64,000 nucleotides of DNA from positions 1 through 64,000 of the forward strand of contig JAUCBJ010007635.1 of NCBI GenBank assembly GCA_032718475.1, given 5' to 3'. This DNA is from Nemertoderma westbladi (lineage: Eukaryota > Animalia > Xenacoelomorpha). The notes beneath the pieces were generated by a model. The model ran no database searches. It was not told where the DNA came from and saw nothing but the letters and a program-made list of their open reading frames with translations. This document shows positions 10,149 to 19,989 of the stretch, piece after piece (within the stretch, counting starts at the first letter, position 1; the number at the start of each line of letters is the position of its first letter). Both the position numbers and the translations under genes were made by a program.

Positions 10149-13100
10149 TATGTTTGTGAATTGTTTTATGGTTGCGGTGCGTAGATTTTCTAAACCACAA
10201 CCGTATATGTGCCTAGCTAGGAGTATGTCTTCGTGTGTTTTTCCGTCATTGGCTCGTGAGGGGTAGTGTCGTATGTTGTTGCGGTGTCCATTAAAACGTT
10301 CGTGAAGTTTCTGTCTCGTTTGGCCTATGTAGTATAGAGTAGGGTGGCAGTGGCACCAGGCCAAGTAACATACAGTGTGGGACTTACATGTATAGTGTCC
10401 TTTTATCTTTTCACCCCATGGTGTCTGTTGTATGTTAGTGATAGTTTTGCATGTAAGGCAGCGGCTAGAGTTACATGGCTCATTAGTGGTGTTATTTGTG
10501 TGTGTTTGCGATTGAGTTTTATTTTTGGTTAGTATTTGTCCTAGTGATGTGGGGTTCTTCGTGACTACATTAATGTTGATGTCAAGATCGTAGTTTTTGG
10601 AGTATCTACGTACAGTATTTTGGAACATGCCCTTCATCTGTTGGTTAGTGGATAGGTAAAATGTGGGTTTCGAGTTAGTGTCTTTAGGTCTAGTTTGGGG
10701 AGTCCAATGTCTAAGTTTGTTAAGGAGGTTCTGGGGGTACTGCCTGAGTAGACATTCGCCAAGGAATTCGTCTCTGAGTTTGGTATAGTCGTTAGACTCG
10801 CTACATCTGCGGTGGATGCGTAGGAGTTGGCTACGAATTACGGATAGTAGTAATTTCTTATCATGGAAGCTATTGTAGTGAATCGGGAGTTTATTGCTAG
10901 TTGGTTTTTTGTATAATGTAGTTGTTAGTGTTTCGTTGTTAATCTGTGTCAAGACGTCAAGGAATGGGAGTGATGTGTGGGAGTATTCAATGGTGAATTG
11001 TATATCAGAGTTTTGGAATAAGTCGTTACAAGCGGAGTTAGTGATTTTCTGTATGTTGTGAATGTCCTGTTCACTTAATATACGTTGTACTATACCATAG
11101 CTGTCGTCAACAAACCGTTTGTAGAATGGAATAGGGTAAGTTGTATTATCGTCTGGGGGGGTTATGTTTGGATCCGAGGTTGAGGTAGTTTCGTTAGTTA
11201 TGGTTATATTAGGATCTGAGATAGATAGGATAGTTTCTGGAATATTGATGTTGGAATCAGGAGGTGTAAGGTTAGATATTGGGGTCGTTATTATTGGATC
11301 TGAGAAAACGGGGTTAGGTGTAGTGTTTGGTGCTAGTTTAGTTTTATAAGTTACTGAGGTAGTTATATTATTATAGACTGGGGTGGAAGGGGTAGGTTCT
11401 GGGGTAGTTATATTAGTTCCAGGGGTAATTATGGTAGTTTCAGGAGTAGTTATGTTAGCTTTGTTAGTTTCAGGGGTATTTATGTTAGTACCACGGGTAC
11501 TTATGGTAGTTTCAGGGGTAGTTATGTTAGTTACGTCAGTATCTGGGGTAGTTATGTTAGTTTCCTGGGTACTTATGGTAGTTTCAGGGGTAGTTATGTT
11601 AGTTTTGTTAGTTTCAGGGGGATTTATGTTAGTACCATGGGTACTTATGGTAGTTTCAGGGGTAGTTATGTTAGTTTCGTTAGTATCAGGGGTAGTTATG
11701 TTAGTTTCATGGGTACTTATGGTAGTTTCAGGGGTAGTTATGTTAGTTTCGTTAGTATCAGGGGTAGTTATGTTAGTTTCATGGGTACTTATGGTAGTTT
11801 CGGGGGTAGTTATGTTAGTTTCATGGGTACTTATTGTAGTTTCAGGGGTAGTTATGTTAGTTCCAGGGGTAGTTCTGTTAGTTCCAGGGGTAGTTATGTT
11901 AGTTTCAGGTGTAGTTATGTTAGTTTCGTTAGTTTCAGGGGTATTTATGTTAGTACCATGGGTACTTATGGTAGTTTTAGGGGTAGTTATGTTAGTTTTA
12001 GGGGTAGTTATGTTAGTTGCAGGGGTAGTTCTGTTAATATCAGGAGTAGTTATGTTAGTTTCATGGGTAGTTAAGGTAGTTTTGGGGGTAGTTATGTTAG
12101 TTTCAGGGGTGGTTGTATTAGTTACATGGGTAGTTATGGTAGTTCTGTGAGTTTCAGGGGTGTTTTTGATAGATTTTAGGGGAGTTATACTAGGATTATA
12201 TCTGGTCTTGTTAGTAGTGTTGGGATCAGTGGTTGTTGAGCTCGGGTTGGTAGGGGTGGTTAGATCCAGATCGGGTGTGTTAGTATCCAGGTTAGTTGTG
12301 TTAGGGAGTCTGTTTGATACACTCGCGTTCAGGTAATTATTAATGGGGTTGTTCAGGATGTGGAGGAAGTGTATCTCTAATCTAGATATGGTTAGGCTAG
12401 CGTAGTTTTTCGAGAAACTGCTACCCATGGCTGCGCCTCGTAATTGAAGGTATAGTGTGTTGTCAAAAGTGAAGTAGTTATGTTCAAGTATAAATCGGAC
12501 GAGTAGTATAAAGTTATCTAATGAAATGAGTGTTTGTTGTGTGAAGTGGGTGTCCTCGGAGAGTGCTTGTCGTAGTGCCCTACATCCTACATCATGGGTA
12601 ATGTTAGTGTACATGTCTACTACGTCCAGTGAAATCAGAGTGCAGTCGGGTCCAATATCTCTAGGGAGGGCTGATAGGAAGTCGTCTGTGCCTTTCAAGT
12701 TAGACTCCAGGCGAGTGACCGCGGGTTCTAGAAGGTCGTTAGCAAAGCGGGAAAGTGGGTGTAGAAGGGTGCCCATGGTGGCAACTATAGGTCTGCCCTT
12801 AGGTAAGAGTCTACCGTCGCCCCAGTTTATCCATGATTCCCTGTCCTTGTGGTCTTTAATAGTGCAGTAGAAGTACGCTATCTTAGGGTGTTTAGGTAGT
12901 AGTAGTGGGTGTAGTGTGTGTTTGATGTCGATATTACAGGTTTGTAGTAGTGCGTCAAGTTGTGTTCTGTATTTATTAGTAGGGTCTTTAGGTAATGTAG
13001 TATAGGTGTTAGGGTCTCTTAAAATACGTAAGCATTCATTTTTATAGTCATTGGTATCTAGGATTACAGTGTTACCAGATTTATCGCCCCTACAGATACG

Positions 13101-14036
13101 AATGTTAGTGTTGGACTTGAGTGATTTGAGGACAGTTCGTTGTTGTTTCGTAAGGTTGTCCTGAGGTACATTTTTGGGGGAGACATTGGGTGTTCGGTCT
13201 ACGTCACGGTGGAGTTCGGCGATGAGAGCTTCCACTATTTCGTCGTCGCTTTTCGGTGGTAGGGCTTGAGGGGGTGTTTTTAGAGATTTGTTGAGTTGTC
13301 TGATTAGTTTGTTGTTGGCGTCCTTTGAGTTGGTGTGTGCTCCTGGGTCGTTGGTGGTTGCTCCATTATTGTTAGTCTTCGTCCCTGGGGTGTTGGTGAT
13401 CACGTTTTGGTCGTTGGTTATCGTTCCTGAGTAGTTGGTGTTCACTTCCGGGTTGTTTCCCGCCCCTGTGTTGTTGGCGTTTGTCCATGGGTTGGTGTTC
13501 GCCCCTGGGTTGTTGTTCGCCCGTGGGTTGGTGTTTTCCCCTGGGTAGTTGGCGTTTTTTCTTGGGTTCGTGTTCGCTCCTTGTTTCCCTTTTGCCCATG
13601 GGTTGGCGTTCGTCTCTGGATGGTTGATATTTTCCCCTGGGTGGTTGGCGTTCCCCTCTTGTTTGGTGTTCGCACCTGGGTGGTTCGTGTTCGCCCACGG
13701 GTTGTTGTCGATCACCCCTGGGTGGTTGGCGTTCCCCCCTGGTTTGGTGTTCCCCCCTGGGTGGTTGGTGTTTGCCCTTGAGTTGTTGGTGTTCGTCGGT
13801 GGGTTGGTGTTCGCCTCTGGGTTGTTGGCGTTCGCCCATTGGTTGGTGTTTGTCAATGGGTTCTGGGTGTTCACCCCTGGGTGGTGGGTGTTCTCCCCTG
13901 GGTGGTTTGCGTTCGCCCACGGTTTTGTGTTCGTTCCTGAGTTGTTGGTGTTCACCACTGGGTGGTTGGTGTTCACGCGTTGATGGGTGTTCGTCCCTGG
14001 ATTGTTGTTCGCCCCTGGGTTGTTGGTGTTCACCAC
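10071..14036 (-). CDS. Penelope-type reverse transcriptase + GIY-YIG endonuclease ORF (N-terminus truncated, called start is GTG)
   Basis: RT motifs GDKSGNTVI, KGRPIV, LISLDVVDMYTNI, YLQLRGAAMGS, YKRFVDD, LPFLDV, LYKKPT. Cys motif CNSSRCLTC. GIY-YIG segment VCYLAWCHCHPTLYYIGQTRQKLHERFNGH. No stop codon over 1321 codons. Confidence 0.95.
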   Translation of the reverse strand: MVNTNNPGANNNPGTNTHQRVNTNHPVVNTNNSGTNTKPWANANHPGENTHHPGVNTQNPLTNTNQWANANNPEANTNPPTNTNNSRANTNHPGGNTKPGGNANHPGVIDNNPWANTNHPGANTKQEGNANHPGENINHPETNANPWAKGKQGANTNPRKNANYPGENTNPRANNNPGANTNPWTNANNTGAGNNPEVNTNYSGTITNDQNVITNTPGTKTNNNGATTNDPGAHTNSKDANNKLIRQLNKSLKTPPQALPPKSDDEIVEALIAELHRDVDRTPNVSPKNVPQDNLTKQQRTVLKSLKSNTNIRICRGDKSGNTVILDTNDYKNECLRILRDPNTYTTLPKDPTNKYRTQLDALLQTCNIDIKHTLHPLLLPKHPKIAYFYCTIKDHKDRESWINWGDGRLLPKGRPIVATMGTLLHPLSRFANDLLEPAVTRLESNLKGTDDFLSALPRDIGPDCTLISLDVVDMYTNITHDVGCRALRQALSEDTHFTQQTLISLDNFILLVRFILEHNYFTFDNTLYLQLRGAAMGSSFSKNYASLTISRLEIHFLHILNNPINNYLNASVSNRLPNTTNLDTNTPDLDLTTPTNPSSTTTDPNTTNKTRYNPSITPLKSIKNTPETHRTTITTHVTNTTTPETNITTPKTTLTTHETNITTPDINRTTPATNITTPKTNITTPKTTISTHGTNINTPETNETNITTPETNITTPGTNRTTPGTNITTPETTISTHETNITTPETTISTHETNITTPDTNETNITTPETTISTHETNITTPDTNETNITTPETTISTHGTNINPPETNKTNITTPETTISTQETNITTPDTDVTNITTPETTISTRGTNINTPETNKANITTPETTIITPGTNITTPEPTPSTPVYNNITTSVTYKTKLAPNTTPNPVFSDPIITTPISNLTPPDSNINIPETILSISDPNITITNETTSTSDPNITPPDDNTTYPIPFYKRFVDDSYGIVQRILSEQDIHNIQKITNSACNDLFQNSDIQFTIEYSHTSLPFLDVLTQINNETLTTTLYKKPTSNKLPIHYNSFHDKKLLLSVIRSQLLRIHRRCSESNDYTKLRDEFLGECLLRQYPQNLLNKLRHWTPQTRPKDTNSKPTFYLSTNQQMKGMFQNTVRRYSKNYDLDININVVTKNPTSLGQILTKNKTQSQTHTNNTTNEPCNSSRCLTCKTITNIQQTPWGEKIKGHYTCKSHTVCYLAWCHCHPTLYYIGQTRQKLHERFNGHRNNIRHYPSRANDGKTHEDILLARHIYGCGLENLRTATIKQFTNIPELLATEANLIYTYNPPLNVARPAI
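11390..12165 (-). repeat. In-frame minisatellite (21-nt and 9-nt units; TNITTPE/TTISTHE) within the RT domain
   Basis: Units such as ACTAACATAACTACCCCTGAA on the - strand; unit lengths are multiples of 3. Confidence 0.9.
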
Positions 14037-14065
14037 TGGGTGGTTGGTGTTCTCCCCTGGGTGGT
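13340..14065 (-). repeat. In-frame degenerate 18/21-nt repeats (ANTNHPG/NTNPW) in the N-terminal part of the PLE ORF
   Basis: Repeated GCGAACACCAACCACCCAGGG-like units visible in the DNA and in the translation. Confidence 0.9.
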
Positions 14066-14730
14066 CCCGAACTACTAGCGACGGAAGCTAACCTAATCTA
14101 TACATACAACCCCCCACTTAACGTAGCAAGACCAGCAATCTAAACCCAATGTTTTATATAATACACCCTATATTCTATATCTTACACAACTACAGTGCCC
14201 TCTATAGCGAATTTCCGGGGTTTTATGTGCTTTTCCCCTACCTTCCTTTTTGTTTTTGTCTTGGTTTTTTCTGTTTCTTGTGATTTCTTACTCTGTAAAA
14301 TTACAGCTATCATTATGTTGCATTCTACCTAACCATGCGCTTTAAGTAGATACCTCATAATCCTATGTAACCTACCTAATCCAATTATACCATTCAGTAT
14401 GTAGACACATGACCACTCCTGGGATTTCCCTATCAACCCTATATTTGTACTTTAGATTGACAGCTTACAACTAACTCGCTGTACTTTCCCTATCACAATT
14501 ACCTTACGTTATACAGTACGTACATATACGTTAACCTTTCTGGGATTCACCTATGAGGTATTCCCCTTTAAAACTTATATATATATATATAGACCCCTAC
14601 CTTTTCCTGTTAGTTGCCAGTACATAGTCTGATGCAGACCGGTAGGTCGACAACGTTTACTATTGTATCTTTATCTAATATAATATAACCAGCTAAAGAC
14701 CCTCAATACTTTATTTTTTTATCATCTTTA
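14066..14730 (+). repeat. Inverted 5' pLTR copy of the Penelope-like element
   Basis: Begins CCCGAACTACTAGCG (ORF end PELLATEANLIYTYNPPLNVARPAI* on the + strand) and ends ATCATCTTTA. Confidence 0.93.
14621..14667 (+). ncRNA. Second pLTR hammerhead copy with core mutation GAAA>GACA (probably inactive)
   Basis: TACATAGT CTGATGCA GACCGGTAGGTC GACA ACGTTT ACTATTGTA. Confidence 0.6.
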
Positions 14731-15579
14731 TCTAACAATAAAGTATATAATATTTGGTTATCTAACAAGAGTGAGATTGAATCTCTTTGACGTCACCTAC
14801 TGTTGCACAATCGGTTACTCAACATAAATCTACCCTATTGTTACTATTTCCCTGCCATTCATGCCAAAGAGGAAGTTACATTCGACCCCAGAATTTAATA
14901 TAAAACTGGGAAAACAAAAGTTAACTTAAGAACATATTTTATAGTTTCCATATTTAATGTTTATATAGATATTTGTTTAATATTTGTTATAACATTTAAT
15001 TAAAAATAATACATATTTTATTTTTCTAGTGAAACATATGATGGGTCTACTACTGTACTGACTACTTTGGCCCTTAAATCAAATTTTTTCTCATGAAGGC
15101 ACCAAGGCACCTCCACATTTCAGCGCGCATTATATTATTATTATTTTTAGTCATACATGAGAGAATGTCCTGGCAGTACAGCACTACAGTAAATAGTAAA
15201 TGTAACTGCGCGATAATTAAGTATTATTATTTAGATGAACACACGTAATTAATTAATCAATAATAGACATATTATTATATATTGAACAGAGCCGAGGTCT
15301 CCAAGCTCCCGAGTTCTCGAGCCAACGAAGAGCCTTGGATTCTAGAGAGCCAGGGCTCGGGCACCCAAGCCCGAGAACCCGAGACTCTCTACCTGCCTCT
15401 AAGTATTTATAATTGTTACAAATATTTTTCACTACGTACCACACTATGTATCAACATTGTGTATCTACTTAGTATATTGTATAGTTCTTTGTATTTGTAT
15501 TGTAAAATTCTGTAAGTTAGGACTTTTTTATCCTTGACATATAATATTAACGGTATGGTTGTTTACGAATTACTTTTTA

Positions 15580-16180
15580 GCTACAAATGCGTAACATGAG
15601 TACCACCCTCCGAACCCACGTCCCACTAAACTGTAACGCAAATTACAACGGACTCGGCGGAACGTACAAGGAATGCCGGTCACTCTTCCCCATGCTGCAC
15701 ACCACATCACTGCTGAATCACGACTACAGCAAATCAATGCTTTTTTGGCCCTGGTTCTACATCTGTCCGCGACAACGATGCTATTAACTTTATAGAAAAC
15801 TGTTACAAAATTAGATCGATCCCCTTTCATCAAAAACATGACCGCATACTAGAATATTTCAATGTCAACTAAGTCTCGCTGGAAATCACCGAAACCACGA
15901 TGGTCTGACTAACACTTCACCGACAAGAACCACCATAACTACATGGACTACCCAGCATAACATATCCTAGCTGACAACCATTCACACATTGTTCCTCTAC
16001 GTGTTCTGCACAGTAAAGTTGGTGCTACATTATTTTACTGTGTTACTATTTTATTGATCCGATGGTTTTATTAAACTTTTAACCAATATAGCCACCGGGG
16101 CATTAAGCCAGTAATGTTAGTAATTGTATAATTTAGAATTATTGTTGCTATAAAGAAAAGTGCATTTACTATTATAAGAT
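15580..16180 (+). mobile_element. Possible decayed 3' fragment of a non-LTR retrotransposon
   Basis: Composition shifts to C/A-rich. A frameshifted peptide THVPLNCNANY...AINFIENCYKIRS is reminiscent of LINE ORF2 C-termini and is followed by a UTR-like AT-rich tail. Boundaries are approximate. Confidence 0.25.
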
Positions 16181-16699
16181 AGCAGTATGGCCATGCATAA
16201 TGAACGTACATACATGATTCGGTGATTAGTTTGTTTCTATAGTTGGAGTAAACTTCTTACGATATTCATTAATAACATGCAGTTTGTTATCCTTTTCTGA
16301 GAGAGGGGGGAAACTGGACGCAAATCCCATCTCGGTGAATTAATATCTCGCCTCAATGTTGAATTTTCAATTTAGGGAAAGAAGCAGGTTAGGGTGGAAC
16401 GTTATTCTAACCAAAACAATAAAAGAAACTCTATAGTTTAGGTTTCAATTTTTTTGGAGTTAATCAGTTGTTATTTGAGTCGATTTTCCCCTGGAGAATC
16501 TAAACTGTGACTGTATTTTTATAATTATCGTTAATATCGGTGCCGGATTCCCGGATTAGTAAAATTTAAAATTGTATTGCACTTGGGTGGTCCGGTCCTC
16601 CCAAGCTCTCCAGGCTCGGGTTCTCGGTAACTCGGGCTTGTGTTCTCGAGCTCGAGACCCTCGGATGCAAGCCCCGGGCCATCCAGAGAACGCTCAGGC

Positions 16700-16811
<112 letters not shown>

Positions 16812-17040
16812 AATGCCCGAGTACCGACTTTCGAGACCCTCGGGCGCCCGAGATCCCGAGCGAAAATCGAGATCCCGAGCGACCACTATTTATTATTTAC
16901 ATAATTTGAATTAAGTGAGGCGCGCGACTAGTTATTGTTACGAATTTTAGAAAAATATTATACCGTAAGTACTGTAGGCGCTCAATTCCCATTACAGTTT
17001 ATATTATTGTAAAATGGCGCATGACGAATTTATATTTATA

Positions 17041-17881
17041 ATGAAATTATTTATAATTATATTACTAACATTAACTCATGTTATTCTGGGGTTCAAGTAT
17101 AATGGATATAAACTAGTCGAACCAGATGGATCTAAATTTACTAGAGAATGTTTATTTAAAGAAGAAAGAAGTAGTATTAGAGTACAAGTTGATTTTATTA
17201 TTAATCAACAAAGTGAATTAAATATTCCCGATGTATTACATTTAATGGTTATTGCTAAGGATGGTAGAGGTAAAAACATACGTGTGTGGAATCCAGTCAA
17301 CGCCAATAGAGATGTTTGCGACAATAATGGTAATATAATCGGTTGTGATGGATGGAGTACAACAGAGTATATAAGTGGCAGAACAATTGGATCTACAGGA
17401 TATATAACTGTTGGGTTGAATCCTCCTGTTATTGAATCTATACCGGAGGAATTGGAGATAAGAATAGAATATTGGACTGATGGAGTAACAGCGGTAATAC
17501 TTCAAAACAACCCGGCCATATCCGATCAGACAGCTTACCCACTTATAATAACTCTCCCACCTCAATGTAAAGCTGATAGTGATCCAGAGTGTAGCTGCGA
17601 TGTACCGAGTTGTACTTATATAGAAGACAGTTCAGCTACATTAAACTGTAAGTTATCGGACTGGGTACCGGTACCGGTAGCTGGAAGTACATCAGGAGAT
17701 TCTAGATGGAGTTGGTATAGTAACGGAGTTGCTATTGGTGGATTCGTAACTGAACCAGGAGATACACTGAGTATAGACAGAGATCTAAGTCGAGGAGATA
17801 ATGGGGCAGAGTTCATATGTAAGGCGAGGAATATAGCTATAGAAGATGATAAATCCTGTACCACTACGATCGTAGTTCAAT
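17041..17881 (+). CDS. Receptor gene 2, first coding exon: signal peptide, divergent N-terminal domain and Ig domain
   Basis: Signal peptide MKLFIIILLTLTHVILG (alternative in-frame ATG at 17014). Ig segment ATLNCKL..WSWYSNG..LSRGDNGAEFICKARN. Donor CAA T|GTAAGT at 17882, phase 1. Confidence 0.88.
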
Positions 17882-19240
17882 GTAAGTTTGAGATATCCAC
17901 TAAAGGTTATATTATGTTACAATATATTTAGATACATACGATCGGTGTCAGTGAACATCAGACTGTAGACCGGTTTCTGTCACGGACTTATGCATTCTGA
18001 GGAAGCCAAGCCGGAGAAAAGACAAAGAGTGAATACCAAAATGGGGAAAGAGATGGTAGTGAAATGTAGAGAGACACCACGGTGGTCTCTTACACAAAAT
18101 GGTCTCTTACACTTAACCTAACACACCGTGCGGTGTGGTACACCAGATTAACGTTACAAGTGATTCAATTGGATACAAAAATATAATCAGCAGAAACTAC
18201 TTCAATAAAATTCCTAGTTAATTTTTCATTAACAAGTTATTAAACCAAGATATAAAGTTTGGGTTTCTAGGTAATTTATTTAATTCTTGTATTTTTGTAT
18301 ATATATTTAGTGATTTAAAATTCACACGGTAGAACTCGTAGAGCATACCAAATTAAATATATAAACCTAAAAACTACAGTATACCAATTAATTAAGTAAG
18401 GGCCTACAGTTGTAAAAATTATGCTAATAAGGCACAAAATGCACATAACTAATAATGAAAAAAAAAACATTATAGTAAAAATATACATAGTATAAAAATT
18501 GTGCAAAAACTGGCTAATTTTTCTGTTTAAATGGACAATGCAATGAAAGAAATGTAGTCCATTTAATTTATTTGAATACTTGTACCTTAGTTAGGGAGTT
18601 TGACTGGATAGGTCTCGAGTCAGTGTATCCAGGCGAGCCGGGACAATCTGGGACGGTGAAAAGATATGCATCAAGATGATTTTTAAAAGTCTCCAGTGCG
18701 CAGCCTGTCAAGTCTCAAGTCAAGTCTCTGTCATTGTAGATTCTGAAAACAATAAAATAGGACATGGGGTCTTATTCCCTCAGTTACTACCTAGCATAAC
18801 CTAGCATTTTTTAAAATCGATTTGGTATTTTGTTTTTTGATGGGCCTTAGTGCCTGAGTACTAACAGTGGCCCAAGTGGCCCTAAATGCTAGGTAGTATC
18901 TGAGGGAATAAGACCCCATGTCCTATTTTATTGTTTTCATATTAATATCACAATCCCTCTAAAGTCGTGGTTGTCAACATCATATAATTATATATTTAAA
19001 GGGGTATTTTCAGACATCTGCGCAATTTTGTTTAAAAATCTGATCATTTATCTGTACATACCGGTAGGTGCTAATTGGGGTTGGTTGCATTCAGTGGGGA
19101 ATCATGTTTATGCATTTGGGGCGATGGTAACATACATTGGGGGTGGGTGGTTTCAACTCTGTTTGGTGGTACGGTAGGATTTCTAATTTATTGGTCATTG
19201 TCTTAATTAAGTGACGGTGCAGTTTTGTTAGGGTAGGGGT

Positions 19241-19313
19241 GGGGTTCGTGGCACACTGCTGATGAGGAGAACCACGAATCCCAAGGTTCAGTGTTTAAAT
19301 CTCCGAAACCCTT
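19241..19313 (+). ncRNA. Hammerhead ribozyme-like motif with atypical strand order, copy 1
   Basis: ACACTG-CTGATGA-GGAGA...TCTCC-GAAA-CCCTT. The strand AAGGT-T-CAGTGT, complementary to stems III and I, lies between the two stem II arms. Extra helix GGGGTTCGTGG/CCACGAATCCC. Confidence 0.7.
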
Positions 19314-19916
19314 TTATTTTTATAAAATTTATCACTTAGACTTACCTTTTCGGCGGACAAAATGTCCTATATTTTTCGTAAATTATGGGATAGCCTATTT
19401 CGTGCAATACTTACCGGAACCTGTAGTTACTGTACCTGTGGTTTGGTGCAATTTTTCTTGTGGTAGTTGGGTTGGGTTATGTAGCACTAAAATCGATTTG
19501 GTATTTTGTTTTTTGATGGGCCTTAGTGCCTGAGTACTAACAGTGGCCCAAGTGGCCCTAAATGCTAGGTAGTATCTGAGGGAATAAGACCCCATGTCCT
19601 ATTTTATTGTTTTCATATTAATATCACAATCCCTCTAAAGTCGTGGTTGTCAACATCATATAATTATATATTTAAAGGGGTATTTTCAGACATCTGCGCA
19701 ATTTTGTTTAAAAATCTGATCATTTATCTGTACATACCGGTAGGTGCTAATTGGGGTTGGTTGCATTCAGTGGGGAATCATGTTTATGCATTTGGGGCGA
19801 TGGTAACATACATTGGGGGTGGGTGGTTTCAACTCTGTTTGGTGGTACGGTAGGATTTCTAATTTATTGGTCATTGTCTTAATTAAGTGACGGTGCAGTT
19901 TTGTTAGGGTAGGGGT

Positions 19917-19989
19917 GGGGTTCGTGGCACACTGCTGATGAGGAGAACCACGAATCCCAAGGTTCAGTGTTTAAATCTCCGAAACCCTT
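19917..19989 (+). ncRNA. Hammerhead ribozyme-like motif with atypical strand order, copy 2
   Basis: Identical to 19241-19313, offset by 676 bp. Confidence 0.7.

Larger units (their letters stand above)
9417..14730 (-). mobile_element. Penelope-like retroelement (EN+), 5'-truncated, with inverted pLTR arrangement
   Basis: RT + GIY-YIG ORF. Segment 9461-10148 is repeated in inverted orientation at 14066-14730. A ~44-nt 3' tail lies at 9417-9460. Candidate TSD TTTATCTAACAA at 9405-9416 and 14727-14738. Confidence 0.93.

Noticed and set aside
11164-14143. Plus-strand and alternative-frame ORFs overlapping the PLE (VVMLVSG..., GWLAFP..., GERQPPR...)
   Set aside because: These are shadow frames of the in-frame repeats. 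ORF 13772-14143 merely runs into the inverted pLTR copy of the ORF end.
9461-14730. DNA transposon with long terminal inverted repeats
   Set aside because: The enclosed ORF is RT + GIY-YIG and the arms include the ORF's 3' end, which is the PLE inverted pLTR structure.
14694-14730. Similarity between the pLTR 3' end (AAGACCC..TTTATT) and the 676-bp unit (AAGACCCC..TTTTATT) as proof that this PLE mobilises the retrozyme
   Set aside because: The match is too short and AT-rich to be significant by eye.
19231-19258. Conventional type III fold for the 676-bp-unit hammerhead using upstream GGGT-A or GGGT-T as the cleavage strand
   Set aside because: Stem I would be absent or only about 4 bp with a bulge, versus a perfect 6-bp pairing with 19289-19294. 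It is disfavoured but not excluded without experiment.
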